From NCBI GenBank assembly GCA_019894975.1, contig JAGXNO010000015.1:4645-68644 (forward strand): a stretch of 64,000 bases of DNA, written 5' to 3'. The notes below the pieces were generated by a model. The model had not been told where the DNA came from and searched no databases. It saw only the letters and a program-made list of their open reading frames with translations. This stretch comes from Promethearchaeota archaeon. GTDB lineage: Archaea; Asgardarchaeota; Lokiarchaeia; Sigyniarchaeales; SOKP01. This document shows, one piece after another, positions 1 to 10,105 of this stretch; within the stretch, counting starts at the first letter, position 1; every line of letters starts with the position of its first letter. Position numbers and translations under genes: made by a program.

Positions 1-986
1 ATTACATTAAAACTTGTAAACAATCTAGTCCGTTTAAATAAAATGTTTTTAATTATAACTGGTTGAGCATTTTTTGTTAAATCTATAACTATTCGCATCC
101 CATTCCTATCAGATTCATCCCGTAAATCTCTGATGTCTTTAATAACACCATCCTTTATTAATTTAGCAATAGATTCTATCAACAAAGATTTATTTACCAG
201 ATATGGAATTTCTGTAATAATTAGGCTAGTTTTGTCATCTTTAACTTCAGTTTCGACATTCCCACTAATATTTACATTACCGATTCCGGTTGTGTATGCA
301 TTATATATACCATTTGTATCTGAAATAATCCCACCTGTAGGAAAATCTGGGCCTTTAATAATTTCCATAAGTTCTAGAATTGATATTTCAGGATCGTCAA
401 TTGTAGCTACAATTCCTTGGCAAATTTCATTTAAGTTATGAGGAGGCATTGAGGTAGCCATCCCTACAGCAATTCCTTTTGTTCCATTTATTAAAATATT
501 AGGCAATTTGGCAGGTAAATAAACGGGTTCAACCTTACTATCATCAAAGTTTGGGATAAATTCCACTGTTTCTTTATTTAAATCCTCAATTAATTCATCT
601 GAAATGCGTGAGAGCCTGGCTTCCGTATATCTGTAAGCGGCTGGATCATCTCCATCAACTGAACCAAAATTACCTTGAGGATCAATTAGAGGATATCGTA
701 GGGAAAAATCTTGCCCCATTCTTACAAGGGCACCATATATAGCATCTCCTGAATGAGGATGATAATTTCCTAAAACTTGCCCTACTATTTTAGCACATTT
801 AACATGAGGAGAGCGTATATCCCATCCACTTTCTGCCATTGCAAAGATGATTCTTTTCTGAACAGGTTTAAGTCCATCTCTTACATCAGGAATTGCCCTA
901 CCAATGATGACCGACATGCTATAATCTATATAGCTGCTTGCCATCTCATCTTTTAACAAAATTTCTTCAATCTGTTCTGATGTCAA
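1..986 (-). CDS. gyrA: DNA gyrase subunit A, N-terminal part (runs off window start)
   Basis: Manual translation from TTG at 986: MTSEQIEEILLKDEMASSYIDYSMSVIIGRAIPDVRDGLKPVQKRI...YHPHSGDAIY...GNFGSVDGDDPAAYRYTEARL. Lies directly downstream of gyrB. Confidence 0.95.
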   Translation of the reverse strand, partial: MTSEQIEEILLKDEMASSYIDYSMSVIIGRAIPDVRDGLKPVQKRIIFAMAESGWDIRSPHVKCAKIVGQVLGNYHPHSGDAIYGALVRMGQDFSLRYPLIDPQGNFGSVDGDDPAAYRYTEARLSRISDELIEDLNKETVEFIPNFDDSKVEPVYLPAKLPNILINGTKGIAVGMATSMPPHNLNEICQGIVATIDDPEISILELMEIIKGPDFPTGGIISDTNGIYNAYTTGIGNVNISGNVETEVKDDKTSLIITEIPYLVNKSLLIESIAKLIKDGVIKDIRDLRDESDRNGMRIVIDLTKNAQPVIIKNILFKRTRLFTSFNV

Positions 987-1034
987 ATTAAAACCCCAAT
1001 TTTTCTAAAATGAATAATTATTAAATAATAGGTG

Positions 1035-3097
1035 TTAGATATCTAACACATTAACTTCGTCAAAATGACTGATAATGAATTTTTTTCGAGCTTTCACTTC
1101 TTTACCCATGAGCTTTGTAAACATTAGATCATTTTCTAAATAGTCTTCATAAGTAACTTTCTTTAGTTTCCTAGTATCGCGATTCATGGTGGTCACATAG
1201 AGCTCTTCTGCGTTCATTTCACCAAGGCCTTTATATCTTTGAGTTCGAATTGAACCCGTGTCCTTAAGATTATGTTTTGTTTGTAATCCTTGAAAAAAGT
1301 CTTCTTTTTCTTTATCTGTGAAGACATATTTTTGGTCTTTCTTATAACTAACTTTATATAAGGGAGGACAGGCAATATAGAGATGTCCTGCATCTATAAG
1401 TGGACGCATATATCTAAAGAAGAATGTAAGTAGGAGTGTCTCAATGTGAAATCCGTCAATGTCAGCATCACACATAATTACTACCTTATGGTAGCGCAGT
1501 TTACTTAAATCAAAGTTTTCTTCGACTTCTTCACCTTCTTCAGTTTCACCATTGGTTCCATTTAAATCATTTTCCTCTTGGAATCCTACTCCTAGAGCTT
1601 TGATAATAGATTGGATTTCATTGTTTTGCAATATCTTGTCTAAACGGGCTTTTTCTACGTTTAAAATCTTACCCCTAAGAGGAAGAATTGCCTGATAAGT
1701 TCTATCTCTTCCTTGTTTAGCAGAACCACCTGCTGAATTTCCTTCAACTATAAATATTTCTGAATCTTCAGGTTTATTCGAAGAACAATCAGCAAGTTTG
1801 CCCGGCATCCTTGCACCATCTAATGCAGATTTTCTACGGATTAGAGATCTCGCTTTTTGGGCAGCTTCACGAGCTATTTTCGCATTAATAGTTTTTAAAA
1901 TAATCCTTTTAGCTATTTGTGGGTGTTCTTCTAGAAATTGAGTTAACTTATCAGTAACCATTTGACTTATTATCTGCCGAATCTCAGGGTTACCTAACTT
2001 AATTTTAGTTTGGCTTTCAAATTGAGGATCAGGAAGTTTAACCGAAATTACTGCTGAAAGTCCTTCTCGTGTATCAGTCCCACTTAATACGTGATCTTTA
2101 TACTTCTTTTCCATATAATTTTCTATATAAGAATTAAAACCCCTTGTTAAGGCCGATTTAAACCCGGTTAAATGAGTGCCTCCCTCGATAGTGTTGATTG
2201 TGTTGGCATAAGAGAGAATATTTGTATGATATCCTTGGTTGTATTGAGCAGCAACTTCACACATTATCGTAGAGCCATCTTCATCTTCAGTTGAATCGCT
2301 TATATAAATAACGTCATTATGTAAAGGCTGTTTGTCTTTATTTAAATAGCTTACAAATTCCTTTAATCCGCCTTCATAATGAAATTCTTCTATTTCATCC
2401 TTAAATTTATCATGAAGTTCAAACCTTGCGTGTGGGTTAAGAAATGCAAGCTCTCGCATCCTAGCAGTAATAGTATGGGCACTGAATATCGGTTCATTAG
2501 GATCAAAATCAAAAATAGAATTATCTGGATAAAATTTGATTTTTGTGTATGTCTTTTCGGTTTTGATCTCTGTTGTTTCTGCATCAGTTACCTTTTTGCC
2601 TTTAGAAAATTTTTGTTTGTAGAGCAGACCATCACGACAGACCTCAACTTCCATCCATTCAGTTAAAGCGTTCACAACTGAGAGTCCAACGCCATGTAAG
2701 CCACCAGAAATTTTATAACTTTTACTGTCAAATTTTCCTCCAGCATGTAAATGTTCCATGATTACTTCAAGCGCAGGTCTCTTAAATTCGGGATGTTCAT
2801 CAATAGGGATGCCACGACCATTATCAGATACTTGAACTGTATTATCTTTATAGAGGGTTACCTTTATCTCGTCGGCATACCCTCCCATTGCTTCATCTAC
2901 AGAGTTATCAAGTACCTCGAAAATAAGATGGTGAAGCCCCCTCTTGCTTTGGTCCCCTACATACATTGCGGGCCTCTTTCTTTGTCGACCTAGCGCGAAT
3001 CGCGCATCTCCTTCATTCTTTATGAAGATAAGTTTACGCCGTCGAGCCCTTTTAGTACTTGAATATCCTCTGCATCATATCCGCTTTTCTCAACCAT
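1035..3097 (-). CDS. gyrB: DNA gyrase subunit B, split: exon 1 3097-3035 (21 codons) and exon 2 2981-1035; joined product 669 aa
   Basis: GHKL motifs (EVLDNSVDE, DNGRGIP, HAGGKF, SGGLHGVG) and TOPRIM motifs (EGNSAGG, PLRGKILN, DADIDG). The missing N-terminus MVEKSGYDAEDIQVLKGLDGV is in another frame upstream and joins to RKRPAMYVG. Confidence 0.93.
2982..3034 (-). other. Candidate 53-nt bulge-helix-bulge (BHB) intron in gyrB mRNA
   Basis: Insert AACUUAUCUUCAUAAAGAAUGAAGGAGAUGCGCGAUUCGCGCUAGGUCGACAA. Bulges UA|A and AA|A, central helix GGCG/CGAC with one mismatch, inner helix ACUUA/UAGGU. Removal restores the frame. Confidence 0.8.
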
Positions 3098-3391
3098 GTT
3101 AAACCAAAATTAGTTTTTTTTAGTAAAGGTAAATCTATCAAATAAATCTCAAAATGTGTTGATAATTTAACAATTCACTATATTAATAATGGAATTTATC
3201 ACTTTTAAATGTAGGTACAATTTTTCATAGTTTTTCGTCGCTCAAAATCGACATAAATCTTTTTTTTTCTGCCCGTACTTTTAGAACTATAACATGGATA
3301 CAATTAATATAGTTTTTAGTCTATAAAATCATTAGAATGAGTTTTACCGGTTCAATTTTTCACAGTTAATTTTTTTGATTAGAATTGAGAT

Positions 3392-4255
3392 TTATTTGTT
3401 TCTTCTGATTTCTTTTGCCATTTTTACTATTTCAAAGATTTGATTATCCACATCATGGGTTCGAACGATGTGAGCGCCATTATATACTGCTATTGCTGTT
3501 GAAGAAAGTGTTCCATTTAATCTATTTTCAGGATCAGGAATATTTAATGTTGTACCGATAAATGATTTTCTTGAAATGGCAATAAGAATAGGGAGATTTA
3601 GTATTCGAAGTTTGCCTAAATTATTAATTATTTTTAAATCATAGGTATGTACCTTTTTTTCAACCCATTTGCCGATCCCTGGATCTATAATAATCAAATT
3701 TTCGTTATAACCTTTGGATTTAAGATGCTTTATAGTTTTACTAAACTCGTGTAGTATTTCGGCTATTTCACATAGATCTCCTGGAAGTTCTTTTGATGCT
3801 ATTAAAATAACAGGAAGATTGTGCTTTATTAAAAAGTCTTCAAGGGTTGAGTCAGTTTTTAAACAACTTACGTCATTTATAATAATTTTCTTTTCAAATT
3901 TAAGAGATATTTTAAGAGCTACTTCAGCAACTTCAGTGTACTGAGTATCAACGGAGATAATTACTTCTTTCGGAATTATATTACAAACTAGTTCCATAGC
4001 TGATTGAATCCGGTTAATTTCTTCATCGATGGTAATTTTTTGAGACCAAGGAGCTGTTGATCGAGCACCTAAATCTAGCATCGTAACACCATTTTCAATC
4101 ATTTTTCGTGTGGCCTTCTCTAAAGATTGGTCGTCAGAATAAACCGATCCTTGGTAGAAACTTTCTGGGCTTAAATTCAGTACTCCCATTATGACGGTAG
4201 GGCAGTCATCTCCGATTTCTAAGATGCCATGTAAATTCATATATATTTTTTTCAT
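3392..4255 (-). CDS. folP: Dihydropteroate synthase
   Basis: IMGVLNLSPESF, DLGARSTAP, ISVDT, INDVS, IIIDPGIG, SRKSFIG, IVRTHDV motifs. Confidence 0.9.
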   Translation of the reverse strand: MKKIYMNLHGILEIGDDCPTVIMGVLNLSPESFYQGSVYSDDQSLEKATRKMIENGVTMLDLGARSTAPWSQKITIDEEINRIQSAMELVCNIIPKEVIISVDTQYTEVAEVALKISLKFEKKIIINDVSCLKTDSTLEDFLIKHNLPVILIASKELPGDLCEIAEILHEFSKTIKHLKSKGYNENLIIIDPGIGKWVEKKVHTYDLKIINNLGKLRILNLPILIAISRKSFIGTTLNIPDPENRLNGTLSSTAIAVYNGAHIVRTHDVDNQIFEIVKMAKEIRRNK

Positions 4256-4331
4256 GGGTTATCTAGAAAATGAACAAATTATATCAAATAAGTTTAATTA
4301 ATGGATATCTAAGGATATGACATTTAAGAAT

Positions 4332-5720
4332 TTATTTACTAATTGAGTAAATTTTAGGAACATCTTCACCTGCTTCCTTCATTTTTCTCTTTAAAATATC
4401 TGCTAATCCTTTTCTTACATCTTCAAAGTTAGGATCTTCCACGAGATTATTTTTCTCATATACGTCATTCTCCAGATCATAAAGGAATTCTTCATTGTAA
4501 ATATCGCTTTTTGAATACAGATAGCCGTCCCAAGGCTCGTTTCGTTTAGGTGCAACTACAGAATACTTCCATTTTTTTGTTCGGATTGCTCTGCCAACTT
4601 GATTTTCACTAATCTGAATAAAAATTTCTTGAGGCCAATCTTTTTTATTGTCACTATCGTTATCCAATAATTTCTGAAGAGCATTTCCTCTCATAAAATT
4701 TGGTATTTCTATCCCTGCTACTTTTAATAGCGTTGGGGGTAAATCTATCAAGCTTACTAACTCACTGATTACTCTACCTCCATTAAAATCTAGTCCTTTG
4801 ATTACTAAAGGAATTCTAATAGATGATTCATGGCAAGATCGTTTGTATTCTCTATTGCGAGTCCTAAAATGGCACCCATGATCGCTAGTAAAAAATATCG
4901 TTGAATTTTCATATATTCCTAATCTTTTTAGGGTAGCAATTATCCTCCCAAGGTTCATATCAATTGAATGGCAACATCCTAAATAATCCGCGAAAAACTC
5001 TTCCCAATCACCTTCTGTATCCTGTAAATCCCCAGGAATTCTGAAATCTTTAAATTTTTCCTTGCTTCCTGTGGGTCCTTCTATTGCATTGTGATCATTT
5101 TGGTGATGTGGTTCTAAAAATGATATAAATAAAAATAATGGCTTTTGTACATTACGAGACTCTAAATAGTCCAGTATAAAGTCTGTTTGACAATCAACTC
5201 TATAGCCATTAAATTCTCTTTTATTGCCATCCCCGTCAAAAAAATGTCCATTATAGGCGTGTGAAGTGTGTTCGAGTGCATCGGATGCAAGCCAATAATC
5301 TTTATACCCTCCTCTGTATTCAGGGGGGATAGATCTCCTTCGAAAATCCTGTTTTTCTAATGAAATATCGTCAGATTTCCCAAGTGTACTTGCGAGATGC
5401 CATTTTCCTATATAAGCTACATCATAACCATTTTTAGAAAAATAGTTTGCTATGTTTTGGTCACTTATTGGGAGTCCAATCGCATTTCTGAAACATCCTA
5501 ATTCAGTAGGATATTTTCCTGATTGGAGTATTGCTCTTGCTGGACCACAAACAGGTTGATTAGTGAAAGTATATTCAAAACAAACTCCTTCCTTGGCTAT
5601 TCCATCAAGGTTAGGTGTAATATTCAAATCTTGGCCATAGCAACCAACTGTATCGTATCTTTGCTGGTCCGTTAAAATGAAGATAACATTCGGTTTTGTT
5701 TTTGCCGTGTTATATCTCAA
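4332..5720 (-). CDS. Sulfatase (formylglycine-dependent family)
   Basis: PNVIFILTDQQR, CGPAR (CxPxR), GKWHL, FTSDHG, LYDLENDVYE. Confidence 0.9.
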   Translation of the reverse strand: MRYNTAKTKPNVIFILTDQQRYDTVGCYGQDLNITPNLDGIAKEGVCFEYTFTNQPVCGPARAILQSGKYPTELGCFRNAIGLPISDQNIANYFSKNGYDVAYIGKWHLASTLGKSDDISLEKQDFRRRSIPPEYRGGYKDYWLASDALEHTSHAYNGHFFDGDGNKREFNGYRVDCQTDFILDYLESRNVQKPLFLFISFLEPHHQNDHNAIEGPTGSKEKFKDFRIPGDLQDTEGDWEEFFADYLGCCHSIDMNLGRIIATLKRLGIYENSTIFFTSDHGCHFRTRNREYKRSCHESSIRIPLVIKGLDFNGGRVISELVSLIDLPPTLLKVAGIEIPNFMRGNALQKLLDNDSDNKKDWPQEIFIQISENQVGRAIRTKKWKYSVVAPKRNEPWDGYLYSKSDIYNEEFLYDLENDVYEKNNLVEDPNFEDVRKGLADILKRKMKEAGEDVPKIYSISK

Positions 5721-5856
5721 TCCTCTTAATTTACTATAATATTTTTATTATTTTTACTATATCTAATTTTCTATTGTGAGTTCATTGATTCTCATCTTGA
5801 GTTGATTATTGATAACCCGAAATAATATTAATTAAAATAAATTCTTCTCTCCTAGA

Positions 5857-6639
5857 ATGGAACTATTTTCAATTAAGCTTCCCCTTATCAAAGAGAATGA
5901 TGATTTATTAAATATTATTTTTGAAAGTATCTCTAAACAAGGGAAATCTTTAAAGGAAGGAGATATAATAGTTATAGCCGAAAAGGTTATAGCTACGTCA
6001 CAAGGAAGAGTAGTTAACTTGTCTGATGTCACTCATGTTTCGGAAAAAGCAAAAGAAATGGCGAAAGAATATGATATGGATGTACGATTTGTGCAATTAA
6101 TATTACAGGAAGCATCAATGATACTAGGGGGAATGAAGCATGTAATTTTAGCCCAAGTGAATGATTTTTTAATAGCCAATGCGGGAATAGATCAATCAAA
6201 CGCGGGACCAAATAAAGTTGTTTTACTCCCCAAAGATCTCCACAAAGTTGCTTGGGGATATTGGAAGAAATTAAAAAAAGAGTTTGGATTAAATAATCTT
6301 GGAGTAATTATCTCAGATTCAAGGGTCCAACCATTGAGAAAAGGGACTATTGGAATTGCTATTGCAACAGCGGGATTTGAACCCATTGAAGATTTACGAG
6401 GCCATCATGATCTTTTTAATCGTCCTATGGAAATTACAATGAGAGCAATAGCAGATGATCTCACGAGTGCTGCTCAATTTCTTCTAAGTGAAGCGGATCA
6501 ACAAACGCCTGTTGTAGTAATTAGAGAGAGTAATGTTGAGTTCACAGAAAATCCTCAGTTAACTCCTGAAATGGCTCCAGAAGAGTGCCTTTATATGAAT
6601 ATCTTTTCTAAATATCTTTTAAGAAATCAGGATAAATAA
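5857..6639 (+). CDS. cofE: Coenzyme F420-0:L-glutamate ligase family protein
   Basis: GDIIVIAEKVIA, ANAGIDQSN, GVIISDS, AIADDLTSAA, PVVVIR. Confidence 0.85.
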   Translation: MELFSIKLPLIKENDDLLNIIFESISKQGKSLKEGDIIVIAEKVIATSQGRVVNLSDVTHVSEKAKEMAKEYDMDVRFVQLILQEASMILGGMKHVILAQVNDFLIANAGIDQSNAGPNKVVLLPKDLHKVAWGYWKKLKKEFGLNNLGVIISDSRVQPLRKGTIGIAIATAGFEPIEDLRGHHDLFNRPMEITMRAIADDLTSAAQFLLSEADQQTPVVVIRESNVEFTENPQLTPEMAPEECLYMNIFSKYLLRNQDK

Positions 6640-6646
6640 AAAAAAA

Positions 6647-7117
6647 TTACTTTTTTATAGATTTTGGGGTCATTTGAGCATCATTTCTTTCTCTTATTTT
6701 ACTGCCTATAAATCCTCCTAGTGCTCCACACAAAATGGAAGGAATTACATATACCACAGTAAAAAATTCCACAAAAAATCCGAGAAAACCAGAAGGTGAA
6801 AATATACCAAAAATTAACCAACTCAAAGTAATCCCTGCTGCCCCGCCTAAAGGTCCACGTTTAACTATCGTATTAAAATAACCTGCAGCGATACCAAAAG
6901 CAACACCTAAAATATAAGCGAGAAAGAAATAAAAGGATACTGTAGAGAGTAAAAATAATGAATTCAAGAGCCCGGAAATGAAAATTCCACCAAGAAAACT
7001 TTCGTCTTGGAATTTTTTGTGAGCCAAAAATACAAGGTAACCATATATTACTATACAGGCGATAAAAATAGCCAACCCAGATACAAATAAAACTCCATTT
7101 AAAATCATATTTATCAC
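6647..7117 (-). CDS. Hypothetical membrane protein (Gly-rich TM helices)
   Basis: 156-aa ORF with about 5 hydrophobic segments. Confidence 0.65.
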   Translation of the reverse strand: MINMILNGVLFVSGLAIFIACIVIYGYLVFLAHKKFQDESFLGGIFISGLLNSLFLLSTVSFYFFLAYILGVAFGIAAGYFNTIVKRGPLGGAAGITLSWLIFGIFSPSGFLGFFVEFFTVVYVIPSILCGALGGFIGSKIRERNDAQMTPKSIKK

Positions 7118-7230
7118 ATATTTGAATAAAGCAATAACTGTAAAATTTAGAATTGTAGAACATTTTTTAAATTTAATCGTTAAACTTTTTTGAAATCCAC
7201 AATATTTATGGATATTCTAATGTTGAAAGT

Positions 7231-8544
7231 ATGAATAGGAAAATGAAGGAACTTAAATATTTAACAATAAAAGAAGCAGTGGAGAAGGGTGATACTGAAG
7301 TAAATTTGAGAGGGTGGGTTTATCGTGAGCGAAAATCAAATAAATTCATATTTATTGTATTAAGAGACGGATCAGATATAATACAATGCGTTATACCAAA
7401 AAGTAAAAATCCAAAACTCTTTGAAATAGCTGAAACATTAACGATTGAATCCTCAATTCAAATCTCAGGAACACTTAAGGAAGATGATAGAGCCCCTACG
7501 GGTTATGAAGTCTCTGTAGACAATTTGGAGATCGTACAAATAGCTGAACCTTTTCCAATTACAGAATATCAGTCTCCAGAATTGTTATATGATAATAGAC
7601 ATTTATGGTTACGTTCACGGAAATTGAATGCAATCTTAAAGATACGCCACACAATTGTAGGAGCAATTCATAAATTTTTTAGAGATCATGGGTATTATGA
7701 ATTCGATGCTCCTATCTTCCAACCTAGCATGTCGGAAGGAGGTTCTACATTATTTGAAGTTAAGTATTACAAAGATAAAGTCTATTTAAGCCAATCTTGG
7801 CAACTTTATGCTGAAGCGGGGATTTTTAGTTTGGGTAAAATTTATAATATGGGTCCTACGTTTAGAGCTGAAAAATCTAAGACTTCTAGACATTTATCGG
7901 AGTTTTGGATGGCAGAAATGGAAGCTGCTTGGATGGAACTTGATGAAGTAACTGAAGTTGCAAAAGATGAGATAAGATTTATAATTCAAGAAGTATTAAA
8001 AGATAATCGAAAGGAACTTGAGGTTTTAGAAAGAGATATTAGTTTGTTGGAAAAATATGAAAAAGCAGAATATCCAACTATTAAGTATTCAGAAGTTTTA
8101 GATATTCTTAATAAGAAATATGATATGAAAGTACCTTGGGGTAAAGATTTAAGAACTAATGAGGAAGCAAAGATAGCAGAACATTACAAGGTTCCGGTGG
8201 TTGTCACTCATTACCCTACAGAAATCATGGGTTTTTATAAACCACCTAGTACAGAAAATCCGCAAGAAGCATTATGTTTTGATATGTTAGCTCCTGAAGG
8301 ATATTGCGAAATTATTGGAGGGTCAGAAAGGAGCCTTCAAGTTGAAAATATGAAGGAAAGATTAAGAGCTGAAGGAGAAAATCCAGAAACATACTCATGG
8401 TATTTTGATTTAAGACGCTATGGCAGTGTTCCCCATTCAGGTTATGGAGTAGGAGTTGAAAGAGTTATTTCTTGGATCTGTGGTTTAGATAATATTAAAG
8501 ATGCAATCCCGTTCCCGAGAACTATGCTGAGGAAATCACCATGA
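7231..8544 (+). CDS. asnS: Asparagine--tRNA ligase
   Basis: OB fold (LRGWV, FIVLRDGS), LSQSWQLYAE, FRAEKSKTSRHLSEFWM, PHSGYGVGVER..W..GLDNIKDAIPFPR. Confidence 0.9.
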   Translation: MNRKMKELKYLTIKEAVEKGDTEVNLRGWVYRERKSNKFIFIVLRDGSDIIQCVIPKSKNPKLFEIAETLTIESSIQISGTLKEDDRAPTGYEVSVDNLEIVQIAEPFPITEYQSPELLYDNRHLWLRSRKLNAILKIRHTIVGAIHKFFRDHGYYEFDAPIFQPSMSEGGSTLFEVKYYKDKVYLSQSWQLYAEAGIFSLGKIYNMGPTFRAEKSKTSRHLSEFWMAEMEAAWMELDEVTEVAKDEIRFIIQEVLKDNRKELEVLERDISLLEKYEKAEYPTIKYSEVLDILNKKYDMKVPWGKDLRTNEEAKIAEHYKVPVVVTHYPTEIMGFYKPPSTENPQEALCFDMLAPEGYCEIIGGSERSLQVENMKERLRAEGENPETYSWYFDLRRYGSVPHSGYGVGVERVISWICGLDNIKDAIPFPRTMLRKSP

Positions 8545-8616
8545 GAAATTAAATCTTATTCTACAAAATAAGAGTTATTAAGATCCTTTTCCTTAATTAT
8601 TTAAAAGTGTGGTTTA

Positions 8617-10104
8617 TTGCAAATGGAATTCTATGAATACATGGCCTATGAACTAATTGAAAAGATAAAAACTAAAGAATTTACAATAGAAGAAGTCATT
8701 CAGAAATCTTTTCAACGAATAGAAGAAACGGAGAAAAAACTGCATTCTTTTGTTCATTTACACAAAACTGAAGCTTTAGATAAAGCAAAAAAATTAGATA
8801 ATAACTTAAGAGAAGGGAAATCTATAGGAAAGCTTTATGGATTACCTTTTGGTATAAAAGACCTCATTTGTGTTAAGAACAGTCCTACTACCTGCGGATC
8901 CAAAATTTTAGAAGGATATCTTCCTCCTTACAACGCAACGGTTATAGAACATCTAATTGAAAAGGAAGGAGCCATATGTTTAGGACGTACAAATATGGAC
9001 GAATTTGCAATGGGTTCATCTACAGAAAACAGTTCCTATGGTCCAACGTATAACCCGTGGGATATTGAATGTGTTCCAGGAGGCTCAAGTGGAGGATCGG
9101 CTACATGTGTAGCATCAGGTCAAACCTCAGTCTCATTAGGGACAGATACTGGGGGGAGTATTAGGTGCCCCGCTTCATATTGTGGGGTAGTGGGATTAAA
9201 GCCTACATATGGGCGGGTATCTAGATATGGGTTAGTCTCATATGCAAATTCATTAGATCAAATTGGACCTTTATCTCGATGTGTATACGACTCAGCTATG
9301 ATACTGGAAATAATCGCAGGACATGATCCTTTAGACTCTACAACAGCAGATATTAAAGTTGATAACTACACCCAAGAACTTAAAAATTCATTAGAAAATA
9401 AAGTTCTTGGTGTTCCTAAAGAATTTTTTGGTGAAGGATTAGAAAAAGATGTAAAGGATAGAGTAACAAGGGCAATTAAGAAACTAGATAGTCTGGGAGC
9501 TAAGACCATAGAGATTTCATTTCCCCATTTAGAATATGCTATTCCCACTTATTATTTAATTGCTATGAGTGAGGCAAGTTCGAATTTAGCTAGGTATGAC
9601 GGATTGAGATATGGTGAGATGAGTGATGATCTTAGTGGGGATATTTATGAAGTTTATAGTAGAACTCGAGCAGAAAAATTTGGATCTGAAGTGAGGAGAA
9701 GAATTATCTTAGGAAGTTATGCACTTTCTGCAGGATATTATGATATGTTTTATATCAAAGCGTTGAAGGTAAGAACTCTAATTAAAAATGATTTTCAAGA
9801 AGCATTTAAACACTGCGAAGCAATATTATGTCCCACAATGCCTACAACTGCATTTAAAATTGGTGAATTAGTAGATGATCCTTTAAAAATGTATTTAATG
9901 GATATACTAACCTGTCCAGTTAATTTAGCGGGTTTACCTGCTCTTTCAATCCCATGCGGTTTTGACACAAATAACCTTCCAATTGGATTTCAGATTATTG
10001 GAAATTATTTTGATGAAAAATCCATACTTAATATCGGTTACCTACTTGAACAAGAACTGAATCTATATAGAAAAATGGCTCCAATCATGAACAGAGGGAT
10101 TTAA
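8617..10104 (+). CDS. gatA: Asp/Glu-tRNA amidotransferase subunit A
   Basis: Amidase signature GGSSGGSA, GTDTGGSIRCPA, EASSNLARYDG, EVRRRIILG. Confidence 0.95.
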   Translation: MQMEFYEYMAYELIEKIKTKEFTIEEVIQKSFQRIEETEKKLHSFVHLHKTEALDKAKKLDNNLREGKSIGKLYGLPFGIKDLICVKNSPTTCGSKILEGYLPPYNATVIEHLIEKEGAICLGRTNMDEFAMGSSTENSSYGPTYNPWDIECVPGGSSGGSATCVASGQTSVSLGTDTGGSIRCPASYCGVVGLKPTYGRVSRYGLVSYANSLDQIGPLSRCVYDSAMILEIIAGHDPLDSTTADIKVDNYTQELKNSLENKVLGVPKEFFGEGLEKDVKDRVTRAIKKLDSLGAKTIEISFPHLEYAIPTYYLIAMSEASSNLARYDGLRYGEMSDDLSGDIYEVYSRTRAEKFGSEVRRRIILGSYALSAGYYDMFYIKALKVRTLIKNDFQEAFKHCEAILCPTMPTTAFKIGELVDDPLKMYLMDILTCPVNLAGLPALSIPCGFDTNNLPIGFQIIGNYFDEKSILNIGYLLEQELNLYRKMAPIMNRGI

Positions 10105-10105
10105 T

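Noticed and set aside
133-441. Short antisense or overlapping ORFs in the track (e.g. 133-441, 2379-2666, 13137-13469, 41861-42274, 60223-60567)
   Set aside because: They are shadows of well-supported genes on the opposite strand or in another frame, with no recognisable motifs.
2964-2966. gyrB start at Met 2966, as in the ORF track
   Set aside because: It is the internal Met of RPAMY; the conserved N-terminal arm is encoded upstream at 3097-3035.
2982-3034. Translational bypassing as in T4 gene 60 (a 50-nt gap in a type II topoisomerase gene)
   Set aside because: There are no matched take-off and landing codons giving the conserved V-R junction, and the stop is not adjacent to a take-off codon. 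The BHB cut sites explain the junction exactly.
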